Shown one piece after another: positions 53,114 to 64,000 of a stretch of DNA of 64,000 nt (the stretch's first letter is position 1; each line of letters starts with the position of its first letter). A model generated the notes under the pieces. The model was not told the DNA's origin. It did no database searches and saw only the letters and a program-made list of their open reading frames with translations. The position numbers and the translations under genes were made by a program. Origin of the DNA: Protoeuglena noctilucae (lineage: Eukaryota); contig OY253668.1 of assembly GCA_958009085.1 (NCBI GenBank), forward strand, positions 682,001 to 746,000. Direction: 5' to 3'.

Positions 53114-54973
53114 CTACTGCGCCTTGCCCGCGCCCCGCTTCCCACGCGCCACCAGGCGGGCCGCTCCGGCACCGCCACCCTCGCTCGGCTCTGAGCCGGC
53201 ACGCCCCAGCCCCGCGCCCGTCACGGGCTCCTCCGACAAGGTCGGCGTGGCCAGGGACAGAGCCCCACTGCTGGTGCCGCTCTCCGCTCCGGTGCCTGAG
53301 CCGCGCCCCGCCCCAGCCTCCACCCCGGGACCCGCAGGTGCCCTGAAAAGGTGCTCCGGCTCAAGCTCAACCGACAGCGCCTTGGTCGGGGTCTGGCACG
53401 TGTGGAATAGTCCGGCGGCGTCTTCCCCACAAAGGTCGTCCTCTGTCGCAGCGCGGGGGGCCTTGGGCGCTGCCCGGCGGGGACCGGAGAGGTAGCGCTC
53501 GAGGAAGAGGTAGGTGAACAGGGAGAGGTAGCTGACGTACATGGCGATGCCCAGCTGCAAGCACGGGGCGTGGGCCCATTGCGCACAACCGTCGCGACGG
53601 GCGGGGCTCGGGGCATCGCAGGCGAGTTTACGAGACTCGCCTTGAGGTTGGAGGGCTCCACGTGACACCCCTGTTTCCCTTCCCGGGCGAACCAGAACGC
53701 GCTTGCCGACGTCACCACCACGCCCACCACCATCTGCAGCGCACGCGGGGCTCAGGCTCATGCTTGGGCCAGGTGCGGGCCAGGTCACTCTGTACATGTG
53801 ACATGGCCGCACCTGGGCGATCTGCAGCAGCGTCACGGGCAGCGCGAGGTGCCGCGTGAATGGCTTGAGGGACGGGAAGGTGGCGAGGCAGTAGTACATG
53901 TACATGACGGCGTGGACCGTGTAGTTCATGGCAGAGAACCACAGACCTGGAGGTGGCGGGAATGGGGTGGTCAGATTGGGGTCCAATTGGTGAGCGACCT
54001 GCCAGCTGCCAGCTGCCAGCAACAGGGTGGGGCACCTGGGCCGATGATGTTGAGGTATGAGTGCCAGCAGTAGAGCAAGACGGAGCTGTGGTGAAACCTG
54101 CAGTGATCGGAGCGGTGTTGGTCAGTCGCATGCAGGCGAGCCAAGATCTGCGCCTCAGTGCGCTCAGCCGCCCATGCTCGGCAGGTGACACGCGCAGCCG
54201 TCGTCACCAGTGCAGGAAGATGATCTTGCGCTTCCGGAGGATCAGCCACAGAGTGTCGAGGAGCTCCGGCATCTTGGAGTAGATGAAGAGCATCTGCCAC
54301 GCACCCACGGGGCCGTGGGCGAACCAGGCGCGCGGATCCTCGCAGACTGTGAAGCGGAAGCCCTCCTCCATGATCTGCGATCGGAGTCGTTCACGTGCGC
54401 TCGGGGCAACCCCAACAACCGAGACTGACGCAGCCGCTGCTAGAAGCCGCCTCGCCTTCTGGACGAGATAGGGAACGAGGCGCATGGCGCCGACGGCGGA
54501 GAAAGCGCTGAGGCCGGCGTTCCAGGCGGCGACGAGCCACCGAATGTTGAGGGCCCGGCGGTTTGCGAGGAGGACCGGGAGGGCGAAGACGAGGAGCAGG
54601 AAGCCCGCGATCGCAAAGATGGGGACCTCGCTGTGGTCGATGAGCCAGCGATGCCAGGGCAGGCCGTTGAAGGACTCCTCCCAGGGCGAGAGCTGCGGGG
54701 GAGTGCGGCTGGTCCCGGATGCGCCGGCCACCACCCCCGGAAGGGTGCTCGAAGGCACCGAAAAATAAACAACAGCAATTGAGGCCGGAGGGGGAGGAAA
54801 TCCGCGGCGCGGCTGGCTCTGACCCAGAGGAAGCTGAGACGCCCAATGCCTTTCACGTCCCTGAGCCCCCCGTGAGGGCAACCGTACGCACGGCTCAGAC
54901 CCCAGTCATAACTCTCGACCTTCCCGCCCTCAGGTGGGCGGAGAAAGCGAATAACGTTCTCCCAAATCTCCAT
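53114..54973 (-). CDS. ELO/GNS1 fatty-acid elongase (ELOVL6-like)
   Basis: AWNAGLSAFS, FIYSKMPELLDT, IIFLHW|FHH (HxxHH), MNYTVHAVMYMYY, TLLQIAQM. Confidence 0.93.
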
Positions 54974-55269
54974 AGGGCCTAGCAGCGCTCCCGCTTGTGC
55001 AAGATAGTCACTTTGGTGTTGCACCGCGCATCCAAGGCATGCCCGCGTATGCTTGCGATGTGCGGCCATCCATCTCATCGCAAGTGAGTCACGCGCAACA
55101 CTGGCGGGCATGTCAGCACTTTTTCTGTCATGCAGTGCAGAACTCGACTTCATTTCCCCACGTGTGCGTCGTTGGGCGTCTAAGCTGCTGCGGCGGCTAA
55201 GATTGGCGAGCAACAAACGGTCAGTCCCGGTTGGAAATCGTTCTCGCGCTTTGGGCGACAAGTGCCGCG

Positions 55270-56256
55270 ATGCCGCTGTACGAGCAGGCGACGATCCGTG
55301 GCCAGATTGCGCTCATTACCGGGGCTTCATCTGGGTAAGCTCCGCCCTGGCGCTCTGGCTTACGGCGCTCTGGCTTGGCGTGCGGTGCTCGCAGTGTGAA
55401 GCATCACCGCCCTCCCTACGGCTGCCCTCAGGATCGGGGAGGCATGCGCGCTGCGGCTTGCGGAGGCAGGATGCAAGGTCGTGGTCGTGGCTCGGCGAGA
55501 GGAGCGTCTCGTCGCTCTGCGCGACAAGATCGTCGCGATGTTCGGCACGCCCGTCCACGTGGTCGTGCTCGATGCCCGGGACCGGGATGCAGTGATGTTC
55601 CTGCCCGATAAGCTGCCTGAGGAGTTCCGCGCCGTGGACATCGTCATCAATAACGCGGGACTGGCTTTGGGGACCCACGGGGTGCACGAGTGTGACGCCG
55701 AGGACGTCGTGACGATGATTGAGACCAACGTGACGGGCGCCATCCTGCTCTCCCGCGCCTTCCTCGCCGGCATGCGGGCGCGCAACAGGGGCCACCTCGT
55801 GTGCATGTCGTCCATAGCCGGGCACGAGACCTACGCCGGCGGGAGTGTCTACTGCGCCACGAAGCACGCGCTGCAGGCCTTCACGAACGCCGCGCGCCAT
55901 GACCTGGTCGATTCGGACGTGCGCGTGACCTCCATCTGCCCCGGGGCCGTGCGCACCGAGTTCAGCGTCGTGCGGTACAAGGGCGACCGAGCGAGCGCAG
56001 GTGCGGTGCGGTGCGAGCGCAGAATGGCTGCCACAGCCAAGGCCGACTCGACCTCCCTCATTGGCTCAGTCGCAACGACTGGCGTGGCACCTTCGCAGAC
56101 AACGTGTACAGGGGGTTTGAACCCCTCACCGCGGAGGACGTGGCCAACGCTGTCATGTACGCGCTGCTGCAGCCCAAGCACGTGCAGGTGGCGGACGTCG
56201 TCGTGTTGGCGACGCGCCAATCGGGCGCCAAGAACATCGCCCGGGCGCAGCAGTAG
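55270..56256 (+). CDS. Short-chain dehydrogenase/reductase (YdfG/YMR226c-like)
   Basis: ITGASSGIG, VINNAGLALG, YCATK, ICPGAVRTEFS, PLTAEDVA. Confidence 0.92.
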
Positions 56257-56324
56257 CGATGCCAGTAGCGAGCTGCGACCGAGAGAATAGCAGAGCACAA
56301 ATGTGCTCGGTAGACGCCTATCCA

Positions 56325-57714
56325 TCATGCGGCAAGCTCGTCTAGCGTGAACGTCCGCTTCTCCGGCTCGTCTCCCTGGTACTTGTACGCGTTGTTGAGC
56401 TTCTCGTCCACCCAGTTCTCCTCCAAGTCATAGTGGGCACGGGCCTCCGCTGTCATGACGTTCACGACGCCCTGCGCGCAACACGGCAGGGGCAGAAGCG
56501 TGTTGAGCGAGCGAGGGTTCGGTGCAGCGCTGAGTTTGGCCAAGGCACGATGGCCACTCGCGCAGCACGTCACCCTGGGGATCAGCTCGATGTTGACCCA
56601 GTCGGTTCCGCTGTGGCCGTCGACGAGGACGTCCCCCCACCGGCACTCGGGCATCCACCGCTTCAGCTGGTACATGAGGCCTTTCGTGGCACGCCAGACG
56701 TGCTGCTCGTTGGCGGCCGTCGCGATGAGCATGAAGTCCGTCCAGTGGCACACCGGTTTCATGTCGATCATCAGGATGTCCTGGCACCGGCCCCGCGACA
56801 GGAAACGCCCGCACGCGTCGGCCAGAGCGTCCGACGGCGGCAGGTCCGCCTTCCCGTGCGGCCGCTTCTCCCCCGACCCCCGGTCGCCCGGCCTGCAGGG
56901 GCAGCTTGAGCCACAGTGGGTCCTCGCCACCGCTCGAGCGCCGGGCAATGGCATCTCCGGCAGCTCGGTGCAGCACGCCTCTCGCCTCAGCTCGCCCTCC
57001 CCCTCTTCGTCCAGCGCACTCTCCACCCTCTCAAAGTGCCGCCACGACACCGGCCCCCCCTTCGCCCCCGACAAGATGCCCATCTCCTGCGCCTGCTCGA
57101 GCGCCCCCGCGTTCCGCGACGTGACCTCCACGAGGCCCCAGATCCGCGCCACCAGGTCGGCCTTCTTCAGGCCGCTGTACCCGGCCAGGCCCGCCAGCCG
57201 CATCTCCTCCTTCAGCACCCGCACCGGCAGCAACTCGATGTTCTGCTCGCGGAAACGGGAAGGTATCCAGCGGCGGCGCGGTCGCTGTCGGCACGCAAGC
57301 TGCGCACCGCGGCCCTCATGCGTTCACCTTCCTGCTCACGAGGATGGGGCTCGGGTTCGGCGGCTTCTTCAGACGCTGCCTGCAGTCCACGATATGCTGG
57401 TGCACCCGCTTGAGGAACTGAAGCCCGCTTTCATCGTAAACGTAGTTGTGGTATGCGCGCCCGCGTGAGCCCGTGCCGCGCCTGCGGGAGTGCCCAATCG
57501 CCACGGGTGACGGGTGCTCGAGACGCACATTTCATCCTCAAGTGCCAGGTTCATGTATCGGCCTGCCATGACAACGCGGGAGCCCTCACCAACAGGAATC
57601 GTGATGCGCGAGTGACGGGAGAGCAAAGCGGGTGCGGCAGCCGAGCCCCTGCTCCCCCCGAAGGTGAGCAACCAGGGCACGGCATAGAAATGCACCGCCC
57701 TCTCTCCGCCACAT
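56325..57714 (-). CDS. Organellar ribosome silencing factor RsfS/Iojap (MALSU1-like) with an extra Rho-N/SAP-like module
   Basis: DILMIDM...DFMLIATA...HV; DWVNIE; VVNVMTAEARAHYDLEENW; presequence-like N-terminus. Confidence 0.8.
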
Positions 57715-57988
57715 GCACGCGAGATGCGGCGTGTAGCCGCTCAGGCACGCCTCTCTGAGCGCCTGCTCCAGCCACAGCCACAGGCGAAGAGCTAGCGTAA
57801 CGGAACGAGTCGGCGCGAGCAAGGACACGCGCGCTGCTTTAGTTTCAGCCTGCAGACACGCAAGAGACTTGCGCCGGGCCGTCAGAAGCCGTGCCTTCCT
57901 GAAAGTCACAATGTGCGCATCGTGCGTCATCCTCGCGTTGCACCGAATCGCCCGGTAGCTTGGTGGGTCCCGCTGGCGCGGCGTGTCC

Positions 57989-58417
57989 ATGCAGGGGGAG
58001 GGAAGGAGGGGGGGCGTGCCGGCAGCTGATTTTGGCACGCCGACGAGGGGACCGAGTCCGCTGTGGGACATCTGCATTGATTTCCTTGCAAAGAACATCG
58101 CGGGCGTGGAGAGGTGTGGCTGGGGCGACGCGATGCCGAGCTGTGTGCGTCCGACAGCTTTGGGCCACAGCAATCCGACGCCGCGGCTCTCGCGCCCCTC
58201 CCACAGCCTTGAGGGCCTTCCTGAGGAGCTCGTCTGCGAGCTTTTCGACCGCGTGTTGCTGTTCAGTCGCCTGACGCCCGCCGTGCTGCGCGTCTTCAAG
58301 GCCACGGGCCACCCGACACTCCTGGCCTACATCCGGAGGAACAACATCGTTGAGGACCTGCCCATGTCTGACTTCTCGACCGAGCACGCGTGGCTGGGAT
58401 ACGAGCGCAGGCTGTGA
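57989..58417 (+). CDS. Small protein (about 111 aa spliced) with a BC-box/Elongin-A-like motif
   Basis: PSPLWDICIDFLAKNIAGVE|SLEGLPEELVCELF; one GT-AG intron at 58114-58206. Confidence 0.7.
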   Translation: MQGEGRRGGVPAADFGTPTRGPSPLWDICIDFLAKNIAGVERCGWGDAMPSCVRPTALGHSNPTPRLSRPSHSLEGLPEELVCELFDRVLLFSRLTPAVLRVFKATGHPTLLAYIRRNNIVEDLPMSDFSTEHAWLGYERRL

Positions 58418-58454
58418 CGCCCGGGCTGGCGCCGCTTGCCGCCCCGACGTCTAC

Positions 58455-60451
58455 ATGGCCACCTCTTGGGTGCGCCATGCGCTCCGTCGCCTGGACTCTT
58501 CGCTGCCAGATGCGGGCTGCTGGCGGCTGCTCCCGTGCCGCGGCTTGCGCTCGAGCGCGGCGGCCTGCAGCGTACTGGGGGAGGACCCTCTGGAGGTTCA
58601 GCGCCACGCGGACTCCCGGCGGCTCATGGTCTGGACCCAGGTACGATGCATAACGTGAGCTGCGTGGCAGCGTTGGCAGCAGAGTCGTGCTGCGCTTTCC
58701 GACACTGCGCTGCCGCGTGTCGCTTGCGCTCGTGGCGGAGCGGGGGACGCCGCGCCCCCTGCGCGCAGTACTACGAGCTGACGCGGGCACAGGGGTCGCG
58801 CGGCACGGAGGACCAGCTGTTGGAGCTGCAGGAGAAGGCGGAGGCGACGCCGCACCACGACCGCCGCGCGCACGTGGCGGGCGCCTTGCACCGGCAGATG
58901 GAGCCGCTCGTCCAGGCGATGCGGGCGGCGCTCGAGGGCCTCGGGGACGCCCGCGCCGCAGAGCGCCAGGCGGAGGCGTATTACCTGGAAGCGTCCGGGA
59001 TGACTCAGGCGGCAAAGGACCGTGTGGCGGAGGGCGCGCGCCTGGCCAAGGCCCGCGCCAAGGTCCCCGGGGAGGGCGCCGCGAGGGTCCCCGGGGCACC
59101 GGGGCCCGGGTCCGTTTCCCCAGGCAGCCCCGAGCACAGGGCGGGCATGGGCACGTGGGCGGAGGCGCTCTTTGGGGCGCTGCGGAGTGGCCCGGTGGTG
59201 CGGCCCTCGACCATTCAGGACGAGGAGGCCCACAACGGACTCTTCTGGCGTGGAGAGACGGCGGTGCCCGGTCAAATTGTCGCGTTCTACCCCGGGGTGG
59301 TGTACCGCCCCAAGTGGCACAGCTTCATCCCGGGTTACCCCCTCATCAGCCACGGCAACCCGTACCTCATCTTGCGCCCGGATCACTCCATCGTGGACGG
59401 CAAGGTCTGGGGGTTCGGGGAGGGCCGGCCCATCCCATACAGGTGAGATGGGGGCGGGTGGGGTGGGTGCGTGACGAACGATGCCTGGTGCCCCTGACTG
59501 GGCCGCTAAGGTGAAGCAGAGTATATATCACACATGTTGCGTCTGCCGCAGTCCCGTGGTGGTTCCGCCCTGGTTCAAGCGTGCGACGGAGGGCGTCATG
59601 CCGTCTTCGTACGAGCGCGCCACAGCCGCCGGTCACGACTGGGCCGGCGTGGATCTGCGGAACCCATGGGCCCTGGGGCATTTCGCCAACCACCCTCCCA
59701 AGGGCTCCCTACCCACTGTGCTCAAGGTCCCGATCGACTTCGTCATCGACAGTCGGGACGATGCCTGGAAGAGGTGAGTCCTTGCCTTGTCTGGCGGGAC
59801 GATGCGTGGAAGAGGTGATGCCGGCTTACGCAGGCACAGGGACAGAGTGGCACTGCCCGACCCATCGCTTACTTCCCCTCCCAGGACAGCTGGCACCGCA
59901 ACTCTGCACGGTGCGCTCACCCTCATGCGACCCAGCGTTCCGGGATCCGACAATCACGTACCCTCGTCCCTTCCCTCACCACCCAGGGCTTACTACCCCT
60001 TCCTGATGTTCAGCTGCGAGGATCCAGTGGAGGAGGCCGCCAAGCACCGCCCCACGCTCCGATCGGCCCTCAAGCTCGGCTTTGGGATGGACGAGCGCAT
60101 GGAGGGAAAGGCGAGAGGACGGTTGGTGGCTGGCTGGGTGTGTGTGGTAGCTGCTAGGTCATGGTGGGGTGCAGCCACATCGCCATGTCTGGTGATGGCC
60201 GGCGCTTGTGTTGGCGCTTGCAGGCGCGTCAGGAGGACGAGATGTCGTGGGGCGAGGTGGGGGCACAGAGTTCGACGCTTCGTGTGCTGGGCATCGCGCT
60301 GGTGGCCAACGCGTTCATTACGGACGGGCAGGAGATCTTCCTCAACTACCGCTACAACCCCTTCCTGCGGCGGCCGTCCTGGTACCACCCCGTCGACGCC
60401 GAGGAGGAGGACCGGCTCTGGCGCACGCGGGGGCACCGGGTGGTGCAGTGA
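58455..60451 (+). CDS. SET-domain protein, SETD9-like
   Basis: GLF...PGQIVAFYPGVVY, NPYLILRPD..IVDG, NPWALGHFANHP, EIFLNYR, PSWYHPVD. Confidence 0.85.
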
Positions 60452-60887
60452 CGACCACAGAAGTGGCTATGGCCACATGCTTTGACGGCGTGCTACGCGG
60501 CATGTGCTGTCGGTCACATGCTATGAGTTGCATGTTTTGTGTGTGGGCTATAGTCGGTGTCGGCTGTGGTTGAGTCCGGCCGGTGACCCTTTGCGGTTCG
60601 CACGGACGGCAATCGAGTTCAGAGCTAGGCAATTGATCGACGCTATGTCGAATGCATGAAATGGGTATCGGATGTCGAACAAATTTCGATGCAGAAAACG
60701 ACCTTCACTGCGAACTGAAAGCAACATCCACCACACAGCCTCGGGGTGTGTCCACTGTCGCCCACCTTTGCGCCCGCCGTTGCCACTTCCCTCCCCACCC
60801 CGTCTGGCCCTCACAAGATGGCGCAGATGGGCTGCAACAGGCTCTGCCCATATGGCTCTACATTTCCACCCCATTTGTTCCTGTCCC

Positions 60888-63800
60888 TCACAGCATGACA
60901 CGGAACGGCTCTTGCACCCCCGCGTCGTCCCATAGCCGCCCCACCAGGCGCTCCGCCTCCTCTGCCTCCACATCCTCCCCCTGGTCCTGGGTCCCTGCAC
61001 CCCCATCGATCGACAGACGCGAGATGCGCGAGTAGAGCGCCGTCTCCTCCTCGATGCTTGGACCCACGCCGCTGTCAAGGCCCGCAGCCCGCCGCGCCAG
61101 CCAAGCCCGGAAGGTCTCTCCCTGCCCAGACCCCGCCGACCCCTCCCCCGCCATCGCGCTGCCCACCTCCTCCCACCCCTCCCCCGTCCATGTGCCCTCG
61201 CGGGCACAGTACCTGCAGAGACACCGTTGCAGGGTAAGCAATCGTGAACTAGTCTATGACTGTCTAGGTTAATGGTCGGTTGATCGAAGCATCACCCCCA
61301 GCAGGGCCACGCATGTCCCTGCCACTGCACAGACCCGATGGCACCCGCTCCGCACATGCCGCGCGCCTCGCCTGAGCAAGTGCGACCAGTTCCTCTCCTT
61401 GGCCAAAACCAGGGGGTGCCCGACCACGATCAGCATCGACCGGGCGCGGCTGATGGCCACGTTGAAGCGGTTGGGACTCGCCCAGAACGCCACGCCGCCC
61501 GGAACCCCGGCATTGCCCTGCATGTGGGCGAGCAGTGCATCTTACGCCGTAAAGAGGGTCGGGGTCAGCTATTGAGACCCGGCTGCGCGCCACCCGCTTT
61601 GTGTCTTATGCCACAACGCATGACTATGACTCGCGAGGCTTGCCTTGCTGTCCGCCCCGCCCGCCCGGTTGGCGAAACGTCCCAGGGTCAGCTGCCCCGG
61701 CAGCGACTCGGGCCTCGTCAGCACCGTGCTGATGAACAGGTAGCGGTGCTCCTGGCCCTGGTAGTCATCCACCGTTCCCACTCTCACGGACCCGAGGCCG
61801 TCCTGGGCACAGCCAAGCAGGGCGATCAGCGCTGAGCCAGTTAGGGCGATCCCCGATATACACGCCTCACCATCCAGACAGACGAAGGGACTGATGCCTG
61901 CCTATGTGCTGCAAGCCACCTATGGATACAGGGCATGCGTCAAGCACAGCGGCCCCCCTCACCTGCCGCAGCCGTATGCGGATCTTCTGCACTTGCTTGC
62001 GGTACGGTGCCAGCACCCCCACGTCCTCCACCCGCACCGGCTCCTCCCCGGACGCCCGGTGGTCGAGGAGGGACCGCACCATGCCCGCCAGGACGTCCAC
62101 CTCCGCTGCATTGAAGAAGCTGGGGACGTCGTTGGACCGCATCTGGCGGCCGTACACGCCGTGGAAGGCGATGGCGACGCCGGGGCGCACGCAGCCGGGG
62201 GCGGGGGCGGGGCCCGGGGCCCACGACACACTCTGCAGCGCCTGCTGGGGCGCGGCCGCGATGAGGCGGCCGCCGTAGAAGAGCGAGGAGGAGAGGCGGA
62301 GGAGCTCGGCGCGGCTGCGGTAGTTGCGGAGCAGCGCCCCGCCCACGATGGCCGCGGGGCGGGGGCGGCCCGGGCGCGCCCAGGGGAGCCACCGTGCCCC
62401 AAGGGCCGTGGCCGACTCGGCTCTCGCGCGCCACCTCTCCGCGACTGTTGCGGCGTCCGCGCCCGGGTCGGCCAGCACGTTGGACCAGTAGGGCGGCACG
62501 TCCTGCTCCCGCGCCATGTCGGCACCCATCATGAGCCCCTCCAGGAGCGACACGTGGAGGCCCCGGCTGCGTGCGTAGGCCGACCGCACCACGGGGCCCA
62601 GCTGCTTGGGGTCTCCGGCGAGCACCGCCGTGCCGGAGAGGCGCAGGTGGACGAGGGCCTGGAGGACCTCTGGGGCGGTGGCCTGGCCCGCCTCGTCGAC
62701 GAGGACGTGGGAGAAAGAGACCGGGGAGCGGTCCCCGAGATGGGCGCCCTGGAGGATGAGGAGGTCAGAGAGGAGACCGGCCACACCGCACGTGACCACC
62801 ACCACGCGCTTGCTGGCCAGCTCGTCGAGGGAGGGCAGGCGGAAGAAGCCGGTGCGAACCATGGACCCTGCAAGACGCGGAGACGCTGGCATTCACGCAC
62901 AGACAGAAGCAAGCGCAGGCGGCAGCGTCATGATAGAGAGCCACGTGTGATAGGTGGCTGCGGAGCAGTGTGCCAAGTAATTGCAGACCGCCTGTGATGT
63001 GCGGGGACATGCGAGGCTCGACGCACCGTTGGGCGCTGGCTTGACGTCCAGTAAGCAGTAAAGCAGGATGCTTTCCATGGTGCGTGCCATGGGCCACCGG
63101 GGGTCGTTGACGCGCACCATGACGTCCGTGCCCACGCCAGCGCGCCTCAGGCAGTCGCAGAAGATGTCGGCGGAGTAGTTCTCTGCCGTGGCTGCCAGGA
63201 GGATGCGGCTGTTAGAGTCCCTGCGGCGCGAGGGGGCCGCACGCACACACGTCGCTCGCATGCACCCCTCGGGTCAGTGCCAGTGTCCCTCACACCTCAC
63301 TCATGCGCAATAAGACGACATGCGCAGGCACTTTACAACCACGCGTGTGCTCCTCGCCTGTGCAGGACCTGCAGCGCCATCTCGACCAGCGTGAGCGTCT
63401 TGCCGGTCCCAGGCGGCCCGAACAGCGCAAACGGCACGTCGCCGCTGGCACTGGCCAGGACCGCCGCCACCGCCGCTCGCTGCTCGTCGTTCAGCCGCTG
63501 CGGCCCCCCCGCTCTCTCGGCATTGCGCTCCTCCAGCCCGGCGCATGCCTGGGCGGCCGCCCTCACGAGGTCGCATGCAGCCTTAGGCACGTGCAGCATG
63601 TCGGCGGGCTCGACCTCGAGTCCCTCCGCCGCGCCGATGGCGTGGGAGACGTCGAGGTCGTTCACGGCCCGCGCCACCAGGGACAGCGCGCGCGTCATGC
63701 GCACGAAGGGCATGCGGTCGAAGGAGAAGCGCACGTGCACCAGCGGCGCGTCCGCCCCTGACGTGCTAGACACGGCCGCGCTGGCGAGCCACTGCCGCAG

Positions 63801-64000
63801 CTGCGTGGGGAGGAGCAGCAGCGCGGACGGCGGCCCCGTGGCGGTGGCGGGGAGCAGGCCGACCACCATGCAGGCGTGCTCGACGGAGACCTGGGGCCTG
63901 TGCATGCGCAGGTGCACGCTGAACCCAAAGTACAGGTCCGGCTGCTTCTCGGGCTGCCCGGGCACGTCAATGACCCCCAGGCACAGGCACGAACTAAAGG
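60888..64000 (-). CDS. UPF1-like SF1 RNA helicase, SDE3/MOV10 type, 5'-truncated
   Basis: LFGPPGTGKTLTLVE, DEAGQATAPE, AGDPKQLGPVVRS, RNYRS, GTVDDYQGQE, NRFNVAISRARS. Confidence 0.88.

Noticed and set aside
53998..54020. (CTGCCAG)3 run in an elongase intron
   Set aside because: Ordinary minisatellite with no spacers, so not CRISPR-like.
53114..56256. Divergent elongase/SDR pair as a fatty-acid elongation cluster
   Set aside because: The SDR is YdfG-like rather than a ketoacyl-CoA reductase; the adjacency fits the general strand alternation.

Overview
Eukaryotic nuclear DNA that is very GC-rich and gene-dense, with many short introns (mostly about 70-200 nt). It comes from a photosynthetic, probably flagellated green alga: it carries plastid genes (FdC1, LPA2, NDC1, a Lilium/ACHT thioredoxin), a chlorophyte-type PSP-GPDH fusion and an IC97/CASC1-like axonemal dynein subunit. 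A compact chlorophyte such as a pedinophyte is my inference only. By splicing ORF fragments by hand I support about 33 protein-coding genes; the first (ABCF) and last (SDE3/MOV10 helicase) are cut by the window edges. I found no rRNA, tRNA, CRISPR array or transposase. Most long ORFs in the supplied track are GC-driven shadow frames. The notable signals are architectural. (1) A small gene lies only 37 nt upstream of a SETD9-like gene and has leaky-scanning hallmarks, making it a bicistron candidate. (2) About 16 introns use GC donors, roughly 1 in 10. (3) The LUC7 gene has lost two ligands in the zinc finger that contacts the 5' splice site. (4) Gene strands alternate almost strictly (27 of 32 adjacent pairs), with convergent stop codons as little as 5 nt apart. 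(5) Two exon/donor junctions are tandemly duplicated. Start codons and exon boundaries are manual predictions.
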